Positions 1-9,768 of a DNA stretch of 64,000 bases are shown here, in pieces. Positions within the stretch are counted from its first letter, which is position 1; each line of letters opens with the position of its first letter. Both the position numbers and the translations under genes were made by a program. Source of the stretch: Deltaproteobacteria bacterium (GTDB lineage Bacteria; Myxococcota; XYA12-FULL-58-9); contig JACRCV010000006.1 of NCBI GenBank assembly GCA_016218825.1, forward strand, positions 6,797 through 70,796, written 5' to 3'. Below the pieces are notes generated by a model. That model was not told the origin of the DNA. It worked only from the letters and a program-made list of their open reading frames with translations, and searched no databases.

Positions 1-1762
1 GCTGCATCAGCCCCAGCGCCCCGGCCTTGGACGCCAGGGTCTTGCCGTTTCGCGTCTGGTGCATGTCCGACTCGGACTTCATCACCGCCTTGATGAGCGC
101 CGGGTCGACGTGGTGCTTTGCCGCCGCCGCCAGGATGCGGCTGTCCCAGGTCGCGACGTCGAGCTTCGCGGTGTCGATGCGGGTGCCGCTCACCACCTGG
201 CCCAAGAGCTCCATCCGCACCCGCGCCGCCTCGTAGCTGCCCTCGTTGGCGTCGCCAAACGGCATCCCCAACCGCGCCCCGAGGCTCGCGACCTTGTCGA
301 CGAGCTCGAGGTCGATCACCAGGGGCTTGCCGGCGGTGCCACCGGCGTAGCCGACGAGCTTGCGCGCCCGCGCCGGGTCCTCCGCCGCGAGCACCGCGAG
401 GGTCGCGAACCCGCCCGCTTGCGCCGCGGTCTGCAGCGCGGCGCCGTCGACCTCGATCCGAACGTCGGTGCGCAACAACGGCGTGCTGCCGACCTCTTGG
501 ATCATCTTCGCCCAGGTCTCGGTGCCGATGACGCCGTCCACGGTCTCGAGGGCGCGGGTCCGCTGGTACCAGATGACCGCGGTCTGCAGCTTGGCGCCGG
601 CGCTGGCGTCGACGGCGAGCGGCGGGGTCACGCCGAGGCGGTTCAGCACCCGCTCGGCCGCTTCGACGTCGAAGCCCACCTTGCCGCGGGAGATCGAGCG
701 GAAGAGCGGCGGCACGTCCATCACCGTGGTCGCGCTCGCCGCGGGCGGTCCGAGCGCCGGCGCCGGTTGCGGCGCGCCGTGAAGCGGCGGGGCGGGTCGG
801 GGGCCGGTGCTGGTCGGCGTCGGCACCCGCAGGCGCACCCCGGGCTGTAGCGGCGCCGGGAGCTTGGCGGGGGTCGTCGGCAGCGTGGCGGCGAGGAGCG
901 CGCTCGGGGGCTTGCCGGCGGCGACGCCGAGCTCGGTCTTGAAGCCGTTCCACACCGCCTCGCCGACGACGCCGTCGACGCGGCCGCGGTACGACTCGAA
1001 GTTGGCCTGATACCAGCGCACCCCGATCTCGGTGGCGTGGTCGTAGGCGCTGCCGCTCGCCGGCAGCGGCCCTTTGTAGTTCAGCTTGCGCAGCGTGCTG
1101 CGGACGGCGTCGACGTAGGGGCTGGTCTCGCCGGGACGGATCACCAGGCCGCGGGTGTCGTGCGGCGGCCGCACGAAGCTGTCGTTGGCGCCGAGGTCGA
1201 TGGCCATCGGCACCGACACCGGCACGAAGACCTGCGCCCCCAAGGCGAGGGCGTGGGGATTGTCGCGGAAGCAGGCGTTGCGGTCGTCGGCGAGCAGGTC
1301 GAGGTACGACCCGAGCTTGAAGCGGCGCGCGATCGCATCGAGCGAATCGCCTCGTTGCACCGTGGTGTAGAAGCCCGGCCCGCCGGCGGCGAGCGCCTTG
1401 TCGGCCTTGGTGCCGGTCGGTTGCGGCGCCGGCTCGCCGGCGGCGAGCGCCTGCAGGGCCGCGAGGGTCGCGGCGTCGACGTTGCCGTGGCTCTGCTTGT
1501 GGTACAGCGCCGGGTGATTGGTCTGGAAGCGCGCCACCTTCTTCAGGAGCGCCGGGTCATAGCGATCGTTCTCGGTGAGCGGCTGGTAGTGCGGGTTGTC
1601 GCGGCCGATCTGATTGAAGAGCTTCTTGACCTCGAGGACCGCGGGCCCGTGGTGGCCGGGCTTCAGCATCGCGGTGCCGGCCTGCAGCTCTTCGAGGGTC
1701 GGCGCGCCGACGCCCCGACCCTGCGTCGTGGTCTCTTTGCCGGTGCCCGCTACTCGCGCCAT
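1..1762 (-). CDS. Multidomain cell-wall enzyme: PG-binding domain, LysM, two more PG-binding domains, SLT lytic transglycosylase (3' end runs off the window)
   Basis: Not in ORF track; hand translation from ATG at 1762 is open to position 2. LysM-like TVQRGDSLDAIARRF..NPHALALGAQVFVP; PG-binding motifs VRWYQ..VDGVVGEAVW and VIWYQ..VDGVIGTETW; SLT motif HHVDPALIKAVMKSES..SKAGALGLMQ. Confidence 0.85.
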   Translation of the reverse strand, partial: MARVAGTGKETTTQGRGVGAPTLEELQAGTAMLKPGHHGPAVLEVKKLFNQIGRDNPHYQPLTENDRYDPALLKKVARFQTNHPALYHKQSHGNVDAATLAALQALAAGEPAPQPTGTKADKALAAGGPGFYTTVQRGDSLDAIARRFKLGSYLDLLADDRNACFRDNPHALALGAQVFVPVSVPMAIDLGANDSFVRPPHDTRGLVIRPGETSPYVDAVRSTLRKLNYKGPLPASGSAYDHATEIGVRWYQANFESYRGRVDGVVGEAVWNGFKTELGVAAGKPPSALLAATLPTTPAKLPAPLQPGVRLRVPTPTSTGPRPAPPLHGAPQPAPALGPPAASATTVMDVPPLFRSISRGKVGFDVEAAERVLNRLGVTPPLAVDASAGAKLQTAVIWYQRTRALETVDGVIGTETWAKMIQEVGSTPLLRTDVRIEVDGAALQTAAQAGGFATLAVLAAEDPARARKLVGYAGGTAGKPLVIDLELVDKVASLGARLGMPFGDANEGSYEAARVRMELLGQVVSGTRIDTAKLDVATWDSRILAAAAKHHVDPALIKAVMKSESDMHQTRNGKTLASKAGALGLMQ

Positions 1763-1855
1763 GGCAGCTCCGATCCTATTGCAGACAGCTATCTCCCTAA
1801 CGGTATCGAAGCCGGCGGTGAGTGGCAAGGACGAGCATGCGCCGGCCGCCGCCGG

Positions 1856-1884
1856 TTGACACTCCACGTCCCCGAGGGTACACG
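1856..1884 (+). promoter_or_regulatory. Possible sigma70 promoter for ahcY
   Basis: TTGACA, 17-nt spacer, TACACG (weak -10), 30 nt before the ATG. Confidence 0.35.
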
Positions 1885-1914
1885 CGGGGCCTTCCAAACC
1901 GCGGAGAAGCAGCC

Positions 1915-3174
1915 ATGAGCGACGCGTACCAGGTCAAAGACATCAACCTCGCCCTGCAGGGCACGATGAAGATCGAGTGGGCCGAGGCCCGCATGCCGGT
2001 GCTGATGGCATTGCGCAAGCGCTACGAGAAGGAGCAGCCGCTCAAAGGCCAGCGCATCGCCGGCTGTCTGCACGTCACCAAAGAGACCGCGGTCTTGGTG
2101 CGCACCTTGCGCGCCGCCGGCGCCGAGGTCGCGTGGTCGGGCTGCAACCCGCTCTCGACCCAGGACGAGATCGCCGCGGCGCTCGCCAAGGACGGCATCG
2201 CGATCTACGCCTGGCACGGCATGAACACCAAGGAGTTCTACTGGGCCATCGAGCGCACCCTCGACTTCAAGCCCACCCTGACCCTCGACGACGGCGCCGA
2301 CCTCATCATGACCGTGCACACCAAGCGCCAGGATCTGGCGAAGGGCGTCTTGGGCGGCACCGAAGAGACCACCACCGGCGTCCACCGGCTGCGGGCGATG
2401 GCGCACGACCACAAGCTCCTCTACCCGGTGCTCGCGATCAACGACGCGGTCACCAAGTGGGACTTCGACAACGTCTACGGCACCGGGCAGTCGTCGCTGG
2501 ACGGCATCCTGCGCGCGACCTCGGTGCTGGTCGCCGGCAAGACCTTCGTCGTCGCCGGCTACGGCCACTGCGGCCGCGGCTGTGCGATGCGGGCGCGCGG
2601 CATGGGCGCGAACGTGGTCGCGACCGAGGTCGATCCGCAGGCGGCGCTCAAGGCCACCCTCGACGGCAACCGGGTGATGACGATGGACCAGGCCGCGAGA
2701 TCAGGCGACATCTTCATCACCGCCACCGGGATGAAGGACGTGATCGTCGGCCGCCACTTCGACGTGATGAAGGACGGTGCCATCGTCTGCAACACCGGAC
2801 ACTACGACTGCGAGATCAACATCCCCGACCTCGAGAAGCGCCAGAAGTCGGTGCGCACCATCCGCGACAACTGCGAGGAGTACACCCTCAAAGACGGCCG
2901 CCGCATCTACCTGCTCGCCAAGGGCCGGCTCGTGAACCTCGCCGCCGCCGAGGGTCACCCGTCCGAGGTCATGGACATGTCGTTCGCCAACCAGTTCATG
3001 GGCATGATGCGCATGGCCAAGGAAGGCAAGGATCTCAAGCCCGCGGTCTACGACATCACCAAAGAGCAGGACGAAGAGGTCGCGCGCCTCAAGCTCGAGA
3101 CCATGGGCATCGACATCGACGCCCTCACCGCCGAGCAGAAGGCCTACGCCAGCGATTACCTCGCCGGGACATGA
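1915..3174 (+). CDS. ahcY: Adenosylhomocysteinase (short form, 419 aa)
   Basis: Motifs GCLHVT, SGCNPLSTQD, LDDGAD, EETTTG, KWDFDNVYGTGQS, GYGHCGRG, GRLVNLAAAEGHPSEVMDMSFANQ. ATG 1915 follows GGAGA; the track start at 1822 is probably over-extended. Confidence 0.97.
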   Translation: MSDAYQVKDINLALQGTMKIEWAEARMPVLMALRKRYEKEQPLKGQRIAGCLHVTKETAVLVRTLRAAGAEVAWSGCNPLSTQDEIAAALAKDGIAIYAWHGMNTKEFYWAIERTLDFKPTLTLDDGADLIMTVHTKRQDLAKGVLGGTEETTTGVHRLRAMAHDHKLLYPVLAINDAVTKWDFDNVYGTGQSSLDGILRATSVLVAGKTFVVAGYGHCGRGCAMRARGMGANVVATEVDPQAALKATLDGNRVMTMDQAARSGDIFITATGMKDVIVGRHFDVMKDGAIVCNTGHYDCEINIPDLEKRQKSVRTIRDNCEEYTLKDGRRIYLLAKGRLVNLAAAEGHPSEVMDMSFANQFMGMMRMAKEGKDLKPAVYDITKEQDEEVARLKLETMGIDIDALTAEQKAYASDYLAGT

Positions 3175-4130
3175 CCGCGCCCACGGCCGCGCCGACGATT
3201 GATCCGCAAGGCGACGCGGTCTTCCTCATCGATACCGGCCTGTTCCGGTCGCGCACCACCGCGAGCTACCTGGTGCGCGGGTCACGGACGTCGGCGTTCA
3301 TCGAGGTCGGGGCCGCGACCTCGGCGCCCCGGCTGCTCGCGGCGCTCGACGTCCTCGGCGTCAGCCGGGACGAGGTCGGCTACGTCATCGTCACCCACGT
3401 GCACCTCGATCACGCCGGCGGCGCGGGGACGATGATGCAGGAGCTGCCGGCGGCGACGCTCGTGGTGCACCCGCGCGGCAGCCGGCACTTGATCGATCCC
3501 ACGAAGCTCATCGCCGGCGCCACCGTCGTCTACGGCGAGGAGGCGCTCCGAACCCTCTACGGGCCGATCGTGCCGGTCGCCAAAGAACGCGTGGTCGACG
3601 CGGCGGACGGCTATGCCGTAGACCTCGGCGGCCGGACGCTCCTGTGTCGCGACGCGCCCGGGCACGCGAAGCACCACCTGGTGGTATACGACGACAAGGC
3701 GCGCGGCGTCTTCGCCGGCGACGCCTTCGGGCTCGCCTATCCGGAGATTCAGGGTGCGCGCGGGGCGCTGTTCTTCCCGACCACCTCGCCGTCGCAGCTC
3801 GACCCCGAGGCGCTGCACCGCTCGATCGACATGATGCTCGCGCTCCGCCCGGCGCACATCTTCCTCACCCATTACGGCGCCTTGAGCGCCGACCTCGACC
3901 GGTGGGGCGCGACCCTGCACGCCTATGTCGACAAGCACGTCGAGCTGGCGACGCGGGTCCCGGCGGGACCGAGCGCGCACGCCGAGATCGTCCTGGGCCT
4001 GCAAGCGCTGCTCCTGGAGGCCGCGCTCGCGCAGGGCGTCCGCGCCGGCCGCGAGGATATTCTCGCGGCGTGGGCCGTGGATCTCGAGCTCAACGCGCAG
4101 GGGCTCGAGGCGTGGCGGGAGCATCGTTAG
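3171..4130 (+). CDS. Metallo-beta-lactamase-fold hydrolase
   Basis: THVHLDHAGG (HxHxDH), GHAKHH, GDAFG, THYG; ATGA overlap with the ahcY stop. It is the C-terminal part of track ORF 1977-4130. Confidence 0.92.
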   Translation: MTAPTAAPTIDPQGDAVFLIDTGLFRSRTTASYLVRGSRTSAFIEVGAATSAPRLLAALDVLGVSRDEVGYVIVTHVHLDHAGGAGTMMQELPAATLVVHPRGSRHLIDPTKLIAGATVVYGEEALRTLYGPIVPVAKERVVDAADGYAVDLGGRTLLCRDAPGHAKHHLVVYDDKARGVFAGDAFGLAYPEIQGARGALFFPTTSPSQLDPEALHRSIDMMLALRPAHIFLTHYGALSADLDRWGATLHAYVDKHVELATRVPAGPSAHAEIVLGLQALLLEAALAQGVRAGREDILAAWAVDLELNAQGLEAWREHR

Positions 4131-4442
4131 CTGGCGGGCGCGATCTCCGGCACTAGCCAGGCGCGCGCGGCGAGTGGCATAGTCCCGGTGGTTTCGCCGG
4201 GGTCGATCATGATCGAGATCAAGGGCAAGCAGCCGGTTTCGCGCCGCGAGCTCGGCGTCGAGCGGTCCGAGAAACCCGGCGCCGAAGGCCGCCGCGAGCG
4301 GTTTGCGCCTGGGGTTGAGAATGGCGGGCGGTTGCCGACGATCACCAAGGCCGATCTCATCTCTCAGCGCGAGTCGGGCGGCCGGCAGTCGGTCGCCGGC
4401 GTCCACCGTGACGCGCTGCTCGCCGGTCGGGAGGGTTCGTCC

Positions 4443-6014
4443 ATGAGCGCCGCGTCCGTCAGCGACCCGTCCGCGATTGGGGGCCAGGCCTCGGTGTCGG
4501 CGCCGCCGGCGCTCTACGAGATCAACCTGCGGGTATTGCTCTTCGAGCTCGGCCGCGAGCTCGGTCGCCCCGCCACGCTCGACGACATCCCGGACGCCTA
4601 CCTCGACAGGGTCGCGAGCCTGGGGTGCGATTGGATCTGGCTGCTCGGCATCTGGCAGACCGGCGCGCACGGCGACCGTCTGGCGCGTACCCACGCGGGG
4701 GTGGGGCGCGAGCTCAAAGAGACGCTCGCCGACCTCACCGCCGCCGACATCGCGAGCTCGCCGTTCGCGGTGCAACAGCTGCGGGTGCATACGGCCTACG
4801 GCGACGCGGCGGGGCTGGCGCGGCTCCGGGCGCGGCTGCAGGCGCGCGGCTTGAAGCTGATGCTCGACTTCGTCCCCAACCACACCGCGGTCGATCACCC
4901 CTGGGCGTCTGCGCATCCGGAGTACTTCGTGCAGGGCAGCCGTGAGGACCTCGCGCGTCAGCCCGACGCCTACGTCGAGGTGCAGACCGCGGTCGGCCCG
5001 AAGATCTTGGCGCACGGCCGCGACCCCTACTTCCCGGCGTGGACCGACACCCTGCAGCTCAACTACCGGCACGCGGGGCTGCGCGCCGCCCAGACCGCCG
5101 AGCTCCTGCGCCTCGCGACCCTGTGTGACGGCCTGCGCTGCGACATGGCGATGTTGCTGTTGCCGGAGGTGATCGACAAGACCTGGTCGCAGGCGTCCTT
5201 GCCCGCCGACGGCACGGCGCCGGTGGACCGACCGTTTTGGGAGGAGGTCATCCCGAAGCTGAAGGCGAAGGCACCCGGGTTTACGCTGATGGCCGAGGTC
5301 TATTGGGACCTCGAGTGGCAGATCCAGCAGCAAGGCTTCGACTTCGCGTACGACAAGCGCCTCTACGATCGGCTGCACACCCACGACGCGCACGGCGTCC
5401 GGCAGCACCTGAAGGCCAGCATGGCGTTTCAGCGCCGCCTGGCGCGCTTCCTGGAGAACCACGACGAGCCGCGCGCCGCGGCCCGGTTTACCCCCGCCGA
5501 GCAACGGGCGGCGGCGGTCATCACCTTCCTGTCCGCCGGTCTGAAGCTGTTGCACGAAGGGCAGCTCGAGGGGCGCAAGGCGCGGGTGCCGATGCAGCTG
5601 GTGCGGCGGCCGCAGGAGGCTGCCGACAAGACCCTCGCCGACTTCTACCGCGACCTGTTTCGCTGCGTGCGGCGCGACGAGGTCAGCCGGGGTCATTTCC
5701 AGCTGCTCGACTGCGTCCCGGCCTGGGACGGCAACCCCACCGCCGACCACTTCGTCAGCTTTACCTGGCGGACGAAGAGCGGCCGGCAGCTGTTGTGCAC
5801 CGTGAACTACGGCGACACCGCGGCGCAGTGCTACGCGCAGCTGCCGTTCTCGGAGCTCCGCGGCCGGCGGCACGTGCTTCGCGATCTGATGAGCCCGGCG
5901 ACCTACGAGCGCGACGGCGACGAGCTCGTGGCGCGTGGGCTCTATCTCGATCTGCCGGCCTGGGGCTTCCACGTGTTCGAGATGCGCCCGGTCGGGGAGA
6001 ACGCTGTCCCCTGA
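4443..6014 (+). CDS. Alpha-amylase family (GH13) glycosidase
   Basis: DFVPNH, GLRCDMAM (nucleophile D), MAEVYW (acid/base E), FLENHDE; start placed at ATG 4443, uncertain. Confidence 0.9.
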   Translation: MSAASVSDPSAIGGQASVSAPPALYEINLRVLLFELGRELGRPATLDDIPDAYLDRVASLGCDWIWLLGIWQTGAHGDRLARTHAGVGRELKETLADLTAADIASSPFAVQQLRVHTAYGDAAGLARLRARLQARGLKLMLDFVPNHTAVDHPWASAHPEYFVQGSREDLARQPDAYVEVQTAVGPKILAHGRDPYFPAWTDTLQLNYRHAGLRAAQTAELLRLATLCDGLRCDMAMLLLPEVIDKTWSQASLPADGTAPVDRPFWEEVIPKLKAKAPGFTLMAEVYWDLEWQIQQQGFDFAYDKRLYDRLHTHDAHGVRQHLKASMAFQRRLARFLENHDEPRAAARFTPAEQRAAAVITFLSAGLKLLHEGQLEGRKARVPMQLVRRPQEAADKTLADFYRDLFRCVRRDEVSRGHFQLLDCVPAWDGNPTADHFVSFTWRTKSGRQLLCTVNYGDTAAQCYAQLPFSELRGRRHVLRDLMSPATYERDGDELVARGLYLDLPAWGFHVFEMRPVGENAVP

Positions 6015-6045
6015 GCGGTCGGCCCCCGCTCGAGTCGGCCGCAAC

Positions 6046-6239
6046 GCGCTGCTCGCGCGGCCTTGATCGATTCGGCCGCACTGCGCTGCTCGGGGGGCAC
6101 CGCTCGCCTCCGTGGGCGGCTTCGACCTGGCTTTGCCTCGATCGACGTTAAGTGCCGTATGTGAGCTTGGCGCCTTCGACTTGCGCGCCACCGTCGGCTT
6201 CGCGGCCCCCCACTGCGCTGCTCGCGCGGCCTCGATCGA
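6046..6239. repeat. Dispersed intergenic repeat family A, copy 1
   Basis: 25-nt direct repeats at 6046-6070 and 6215-6239 (1 mismatch); the reverse complement of 6073-6231 aligns with 15163-15317. Confidence 0.75.
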
Positions 6240-6291
6240 GTGGTTTTGCGCCGTAGTGGACAGCGGTCCGGTAACCAGCTAGCAACTAGCG

Positions 6292-7278
6292 GTGTTCGTC
6301 CTCGTCGCGCTCTCGATGATCGGTGCCGACGTGGCGGCGCAACTCCCGACGGTCTTCGTAGAGCGACCGTTTGCGGAACGTGAGATCCTGGACGTCCAGG
6401 GCCAGCTTGCGAGTCACTTGCACGCGGAGCTCGAGGGCCTCATCCGGGTGCCGACCGACACTCTCGCCGATTCGCCCACCGGTCGGGCACAGGCTGCGCT
6501 CCCGGCAGGCGCGGACGCGCGCGTGCTCTTCTTGGCGTTCGAGGGCGACGAGCTCCGGCTGGTGTGCGCTGCCGCGGCAGGCAGCAGCGTCGCAAGCCGA
6601 GCGCTCGCGGTCACGGCCGAGTCGCAAGGGGACACCGGGCGGCTGGGGGCGACGCTCGCCAAGGTGTTGTGCCGGGAGGTGACCGCCGAGCTGGCGTCGG
6701 CAACGCCGTTGCCACCCGCACCCGCGCCGCCGGCGTCGGCGCCGACCGCGGTCCCTGCGGTGCCCGAGACCGAAGGGCCGCACTTGTGGTTGGGCGCCGC
6801 GGGTCATGGCTCGTGGTCGTATCCGCCCGAGGCGCGCCGCGGTGGGGTCGGGGTCGTGGCGCGGGGGTCGTGGCAGGCGTGGAGTCTCGAGGGTTGGGGC
6901 GCGGTCGCGCGGTCGTGGCCGCAGGAGGCGCGTGGGGTGCGGGTGGAGAGCCTGGAGCTTCCGGTGGGCGTCGCCGCGGGTCGAGAGCTGTTCGCGGCGG
7001 CGGCGGGATCGGTGGAGGCCGGCTTGCAGCTGGTGGCGGCGAAGCGGTCGAGTCGGGTGTTGCCGTATGGGGCGAGCCGTTCGCTGTGGGGGGTGCGCGC
7101 CGACGCGGTGTTGGCGGCGGGGGGTGGGGTGGCGTTCGGGATGTTCTTGGCTCGGCTCGACGTGGTCGTGGAGACGACGCTCTTCGGCGCTCGGTGGCGC
7201 CCGTCCGACGGCTCGGGCGAGGTAGGGGAGGAGTGGGGGCGGGTGGGGTTGCGGTTGGCGCTACTCGCGGCGCGGTGA
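6292..7278 (+). CDS. Hypothetical exported protein, C-terminal half beta-barrel-like
   Basis: Coding-like GC3 frame, hydrophobic N-terminus, Pro/Ala linker, then amphipathic beta strands ending RVGLRLALLAAR. Confidence 0.6.
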   Translation: MFVLVALSMIGADVAAQLPTVFVERPFAEREILDVQGQLASHLHAELEGLIRVPTDTLADSPTGRAQAALPAGADARVLFLAFEGDELRLVCAAAAGSSVASRALAVTAESQGDTGRLGATLAKVLCREVTAELASATPLPPAPAPPASAPTAVPAVPETEGPHLWLGAAGHGSWSYPPEARRGGVGVVARGSWQAWSLEGWGAVARSWPQEARGVRVESLELPVGVAAGRELFAAAAGSVEAGLQLVAAKRSSRVLPYGASRSLWGVRADAVLAAGGGVAFGMFLARLDVVVETTLFGARWRPSDGSGEVGEEWGRVGLRLALLAAR

Positions 7279-7328
7279 CTGTGTCGGCCGCGCGGCGTGC
7301 CGGGAAGGCTCGGTCCGCTCGCCGGTAT

Positions 7329-7967
7329 TCAATCGCTCGCCGTCCCGGTGCGTTCGTAGAACGGACGCTTGCCGGCGGCGTGATCGGTGGTATCGACGAT
7401 GTTCGCGACCTCGGGAGCTACGCGGCGCACCATGACCTCGAGCCCTCGACGTAGCGTGACCTGGGAGGCGGCGCAGCCCTGGCAGCCCCCGCTCATGGCG
7501 ATCAGGAGATCGCCGTCGCGATAGTCGACGATGGAGATCTTGCCGCCGTGGCCGCCGACGGCGCGGTTGACCTGAGTGTCCAAGAGACTCTGCACCGCGA
7601 CGCGGACCTCCGCATCGGTGCGCGGTTTCGAGGCGCCGCCGCGGGGAAGGTCGACGATGGCGGGCACCGGGGTGAGCAGTTGGCTGCGGATCGCGGCAGC
7701 GACCGGTGCTTTGAGGTCCGACCACGAGGCCGTCGCTTCCTTGGTGATCGTCACGACGTTCTCGGCGACGAGGACGGTCGCCAGCCCCGAGATCGCGAAC
7801 AGCCGCTCGACGAGCGGCGAGCCACAATCCCGGTCCGCCTTCGCGAACAAGAACGGGCCGCCCGGATGGACGATCCGCGACACCGCGAACTTGAGGGAGT
7901 CGGGATCGGCGCGCGAAGGCTCGGCGCGGATGGTGATCGTCGGGGCGATCGGGAGGCCATCAGACAT
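7329..7967 (-). CDS. NfuA/NifU-like Fe-S carrier (Nfu N-terminal scaffold plus NifU C-terminal domain)
   Basis: DPDSLKF..SPLVERLFAISG..VLVAENVVTITK; GHGGKISIV..MSGGCQGC (CxxC). ATG 7967 follows GGAGG and overlaps the mrp stop. Confidence 0.9.
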   Translation of the reverse strand: MSDGLPIAPTITIRAEPSRADPDSLKFAVSRIVHPGGPFLFAKADRDCGSPLVERLFAISGLATVLVAENVVTITKEATASWSDLKAPVAAAIRSQLLTPVPAIVDLPRGGASKPRTDAEVRVAVQSLLDTQVNRAVGGHGGKISIVDYRDGDLLIAMSGGCQGCAASQVTLRRGLEVMVRRVAPEVANIVDTTDHAAGKRPFYERTGTASD

Positions 7968-9216
7968 CTTCCGCCTCCCCGGCGCGGTTGCCGTCGGCAA
8001 AGGCGCGCAGATAGTCGAACGCGTAGATCCCGGTGCTGTGGCCGTCGTTCCAGGTGATGGCGACGGCGTAGTTGCCGACGCTCTTGATCTTCAGCGGCGC
8101 CACGTCGGCGCGCACCTTCTTCGGGTCGAGCAGCGCCCGGCCGCTCGTCTCCTCGACACAGAAGGCGCAACGGCAGGCGAGCCGCAGATCGCGGACGTCG
8201 AAGTCGCTCCGGCCGCCGTCCTCCCACAGGACCGACAAAGTGCGCGGGTCTCGGCGCCGAAGACCGATCGCCGTGGTGTGCCCGCCGGCAAGACGCGCCG
8301 CGCTCTCGAGCCACGCCGGCCCGCCCTCGTTCTTCTCCCACGCCCACTCGAACGGCTGCAGCCCGGCCGCGGGGAGGCGCTCGAGCGCGCGCTCGAGCTG
8401 CGCCGCGATCGCGACGTAGGCGAGGGCCGCCGCGGACTCCGGGCGGTCTGAGACGATTGGCCGGCCTTCGTCCCCGCATTCGACCACCTTGCCGTCCAGG
8501 GGGATGGCGCCGAGGAACGGAACGCCGAGGGCCTGGCTCAGCAGCGCGCCACCGCCGCGGCGGAAGATGTCGGTCGCGCCGCCGCAGTGCGGGCAGGTGA
8601 AGGTGCTCATGTTCTCGACGATCCCTAGCACCGGGACGTGCACGGTCTCGAACATCCGCAGGCCGCGGCGGGCGATTCTCAGGCTCACCTCCTGCGGCGT
8701 CGTCACGATGATCGCGCCGGACAACGGGAAGCTCTGCGCCAGCGTCAGCTGGGTGTCACCGGTCCCGGGCGGGAGATCCAGGAGCAGGTAGTCCAGTCGG
8801 CCCCAGTCGACCGAGCCGACGAACAGCCGCAGGTACTTGCTGACCATCGGGCCGCGCAGGATGGCGGGATTGTCGTCACCGGTGAGCATGGCCATCGAGA
8901 TCAGCTTGAGACCGTGGCGGGTGGCCGGGACGATCCGCTCCTCGGCCGTCATCGCCGGCGGCTCCCCGGTGGGGAGCCCCAGCATGACCGGGACACTCGG
9001 TCCGTGGATGTCGGCGTCCACCAGCCCGACCCGGGCGCCGCGTTGCCGCAGCGCCAGCGCGAGGTTGACGCTGACGGTTGACTTGCCGACGCCGCCCTTG
9101 CCGCTGCCGATCGCGATGATGTGCCGGATACCGGGCAATCGGTCCGCGGCGCTTGCCGGCTGCGTGGCGGTGTCGGCGCCAGCGGTGCGGTGCTGCGCGA
9201 GGTCTGGGGTCGCCAT
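7960..9216 (-). CDS. mrp: Mrp/ApbC/NBP35 Fe-S carrier ATPase fused to C-terminal DUF971
   Basis: GSGKGGVGKST, DADIHGPS, LRGPM, LDLPPGTGD, VTTPQ, ENMS.FTCPHC; C-terminal LRLACRCAFC..VGNYAVAITWNDGHSTGIY. Confidence 0.93.
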   Translation of the reverse strand: MATPDLAQHRTAGADTATQPASAADRLPGIRHIIAIGSGKGGVGKSTVSVNLALALRQRGARVGLVDADIHGPSVPVMLGLPTGEPPAMTAEERIVPATRHGLKLISMAMLTGDDNPAILRGPMVSKYLRLFVGSVDWGRLDYLLLDLPPGTGDTQLTLAQSFPLSGAIIVTTPQEVSLRIARRGLRMFETVHVPVLGIVENMSTFTCPHCGGATDIFRRGGGALLSQALGVPFLGAIPLDGKVVECGDEGRPIVSDRPESAAALAYVAIAAQLERALERLPAAGLQPFEWAWEKNEGGPAWLESAARLAGGHTTAIGLRRRDPRTLSVLWEDGGRSDFDVRDLRLACRCAFCVEETSGRALLDPKKVRADVAPLKIKSVGNYAVAITWNDGHSTGIYAFDYLRAFADGNRAGEAEDV

Positions 9217-9243
9217 CGGCTCGCTCCTTGTCGCCGCCCGCCG

Positions 9244-9606
9244 CTACGGCGGCGCGACGGTCGGCTCCAACAGCTCCCTTACCAGGCGGGGATCTGCGGC
9301 CTCCGGGAGGTGCCGCTTGTCGAAGCCCGGGAGGCGATCGAGCGTGCTCCGATCCACCGCCAGAAAGGCCCGCAGGTCATCGAACGTGGGTTTCAGCGCA
9401 TCCTGCGGCACGGCGAACCACTTCGCGCCGAGCCCCAAGAAGCCGCCGTGGGTAACGACCACGTAGACGACGCGCCCCGACGCCGGATCTCCCACCGCTC
9501 CCTTGATGCGGCCGAGGTGCTCGCCCCACGGGTTCTCCACCTTTCGGTCGCGGTACGTCGCCGATGCCACCCAGCCGAGAGACATGTCGACCTCCGCAGC
9601 GCCCAC
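9244..9606 (-). CDS. PRC-barrel domain protein
   Basis: VENPWGEHLGRI..GRVVYVVVTHGGFLGLGAKWFAVP..AL pattern. Confidence 0.85.
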   Translation of the reverse strand: MGAAEVDMSLGWVASATYRDRKVENPWGEHLGRIKGAVGDPASGRVVYVVVTHGGFLGLGAKWFAVPQDALKPTFDDLRAFLAVDRSTLDRLPGFDKRHLPEAADPRLVRELLEPTVAPP

Positions 9607-9725
9607 GCTCGGCCGCCCTTCTCCGGCGGGGCGGTCGTGGCCGATGGCGCGCTTCAGAGCGCCGCCGCCGGGCGACGCCGGGCCACACGCGGCAAGCTAA
9701 CCACGCCGCGGCGGCGTGGCACGCC

Positions 9726-9741
9726 CGCAATCGCGCTGCCA
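9726..9741 (-). promoter_or_regulatory. Sigma54-like (-24/-12) promoter upstream of the PRC-mrp-nfu genes
   Basis: Minus strand TGGCAGCGCGATTGCG: GG and GC 10 nt apart, close to TGGCAC-N5-TTGC. Confidence 0.5.
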
Positions 9742-9768
9742 CACGCCCCCCGGACAAGGGTGGATTGA

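Noticed and set aside
1763-1914. SAH riboswitch upstream of ahcY
   Set aside because: I could not find the conserved GAGGAGCG..UGC..AGGCUC core; only a short hairpin is present.
59-1918. Plus-strand ORFs 59-850 and 1037-1918
   Set aside because: Shadows of the real minus-strand gene 1-1762.
4127-4360. 77-aa minus-strand ORF, and the N-terminal extension of the amylase from 4188
   Set aside because: No motif, weak codon bias, no clear RBS; cannot be supported, though a small gene is not excluded.
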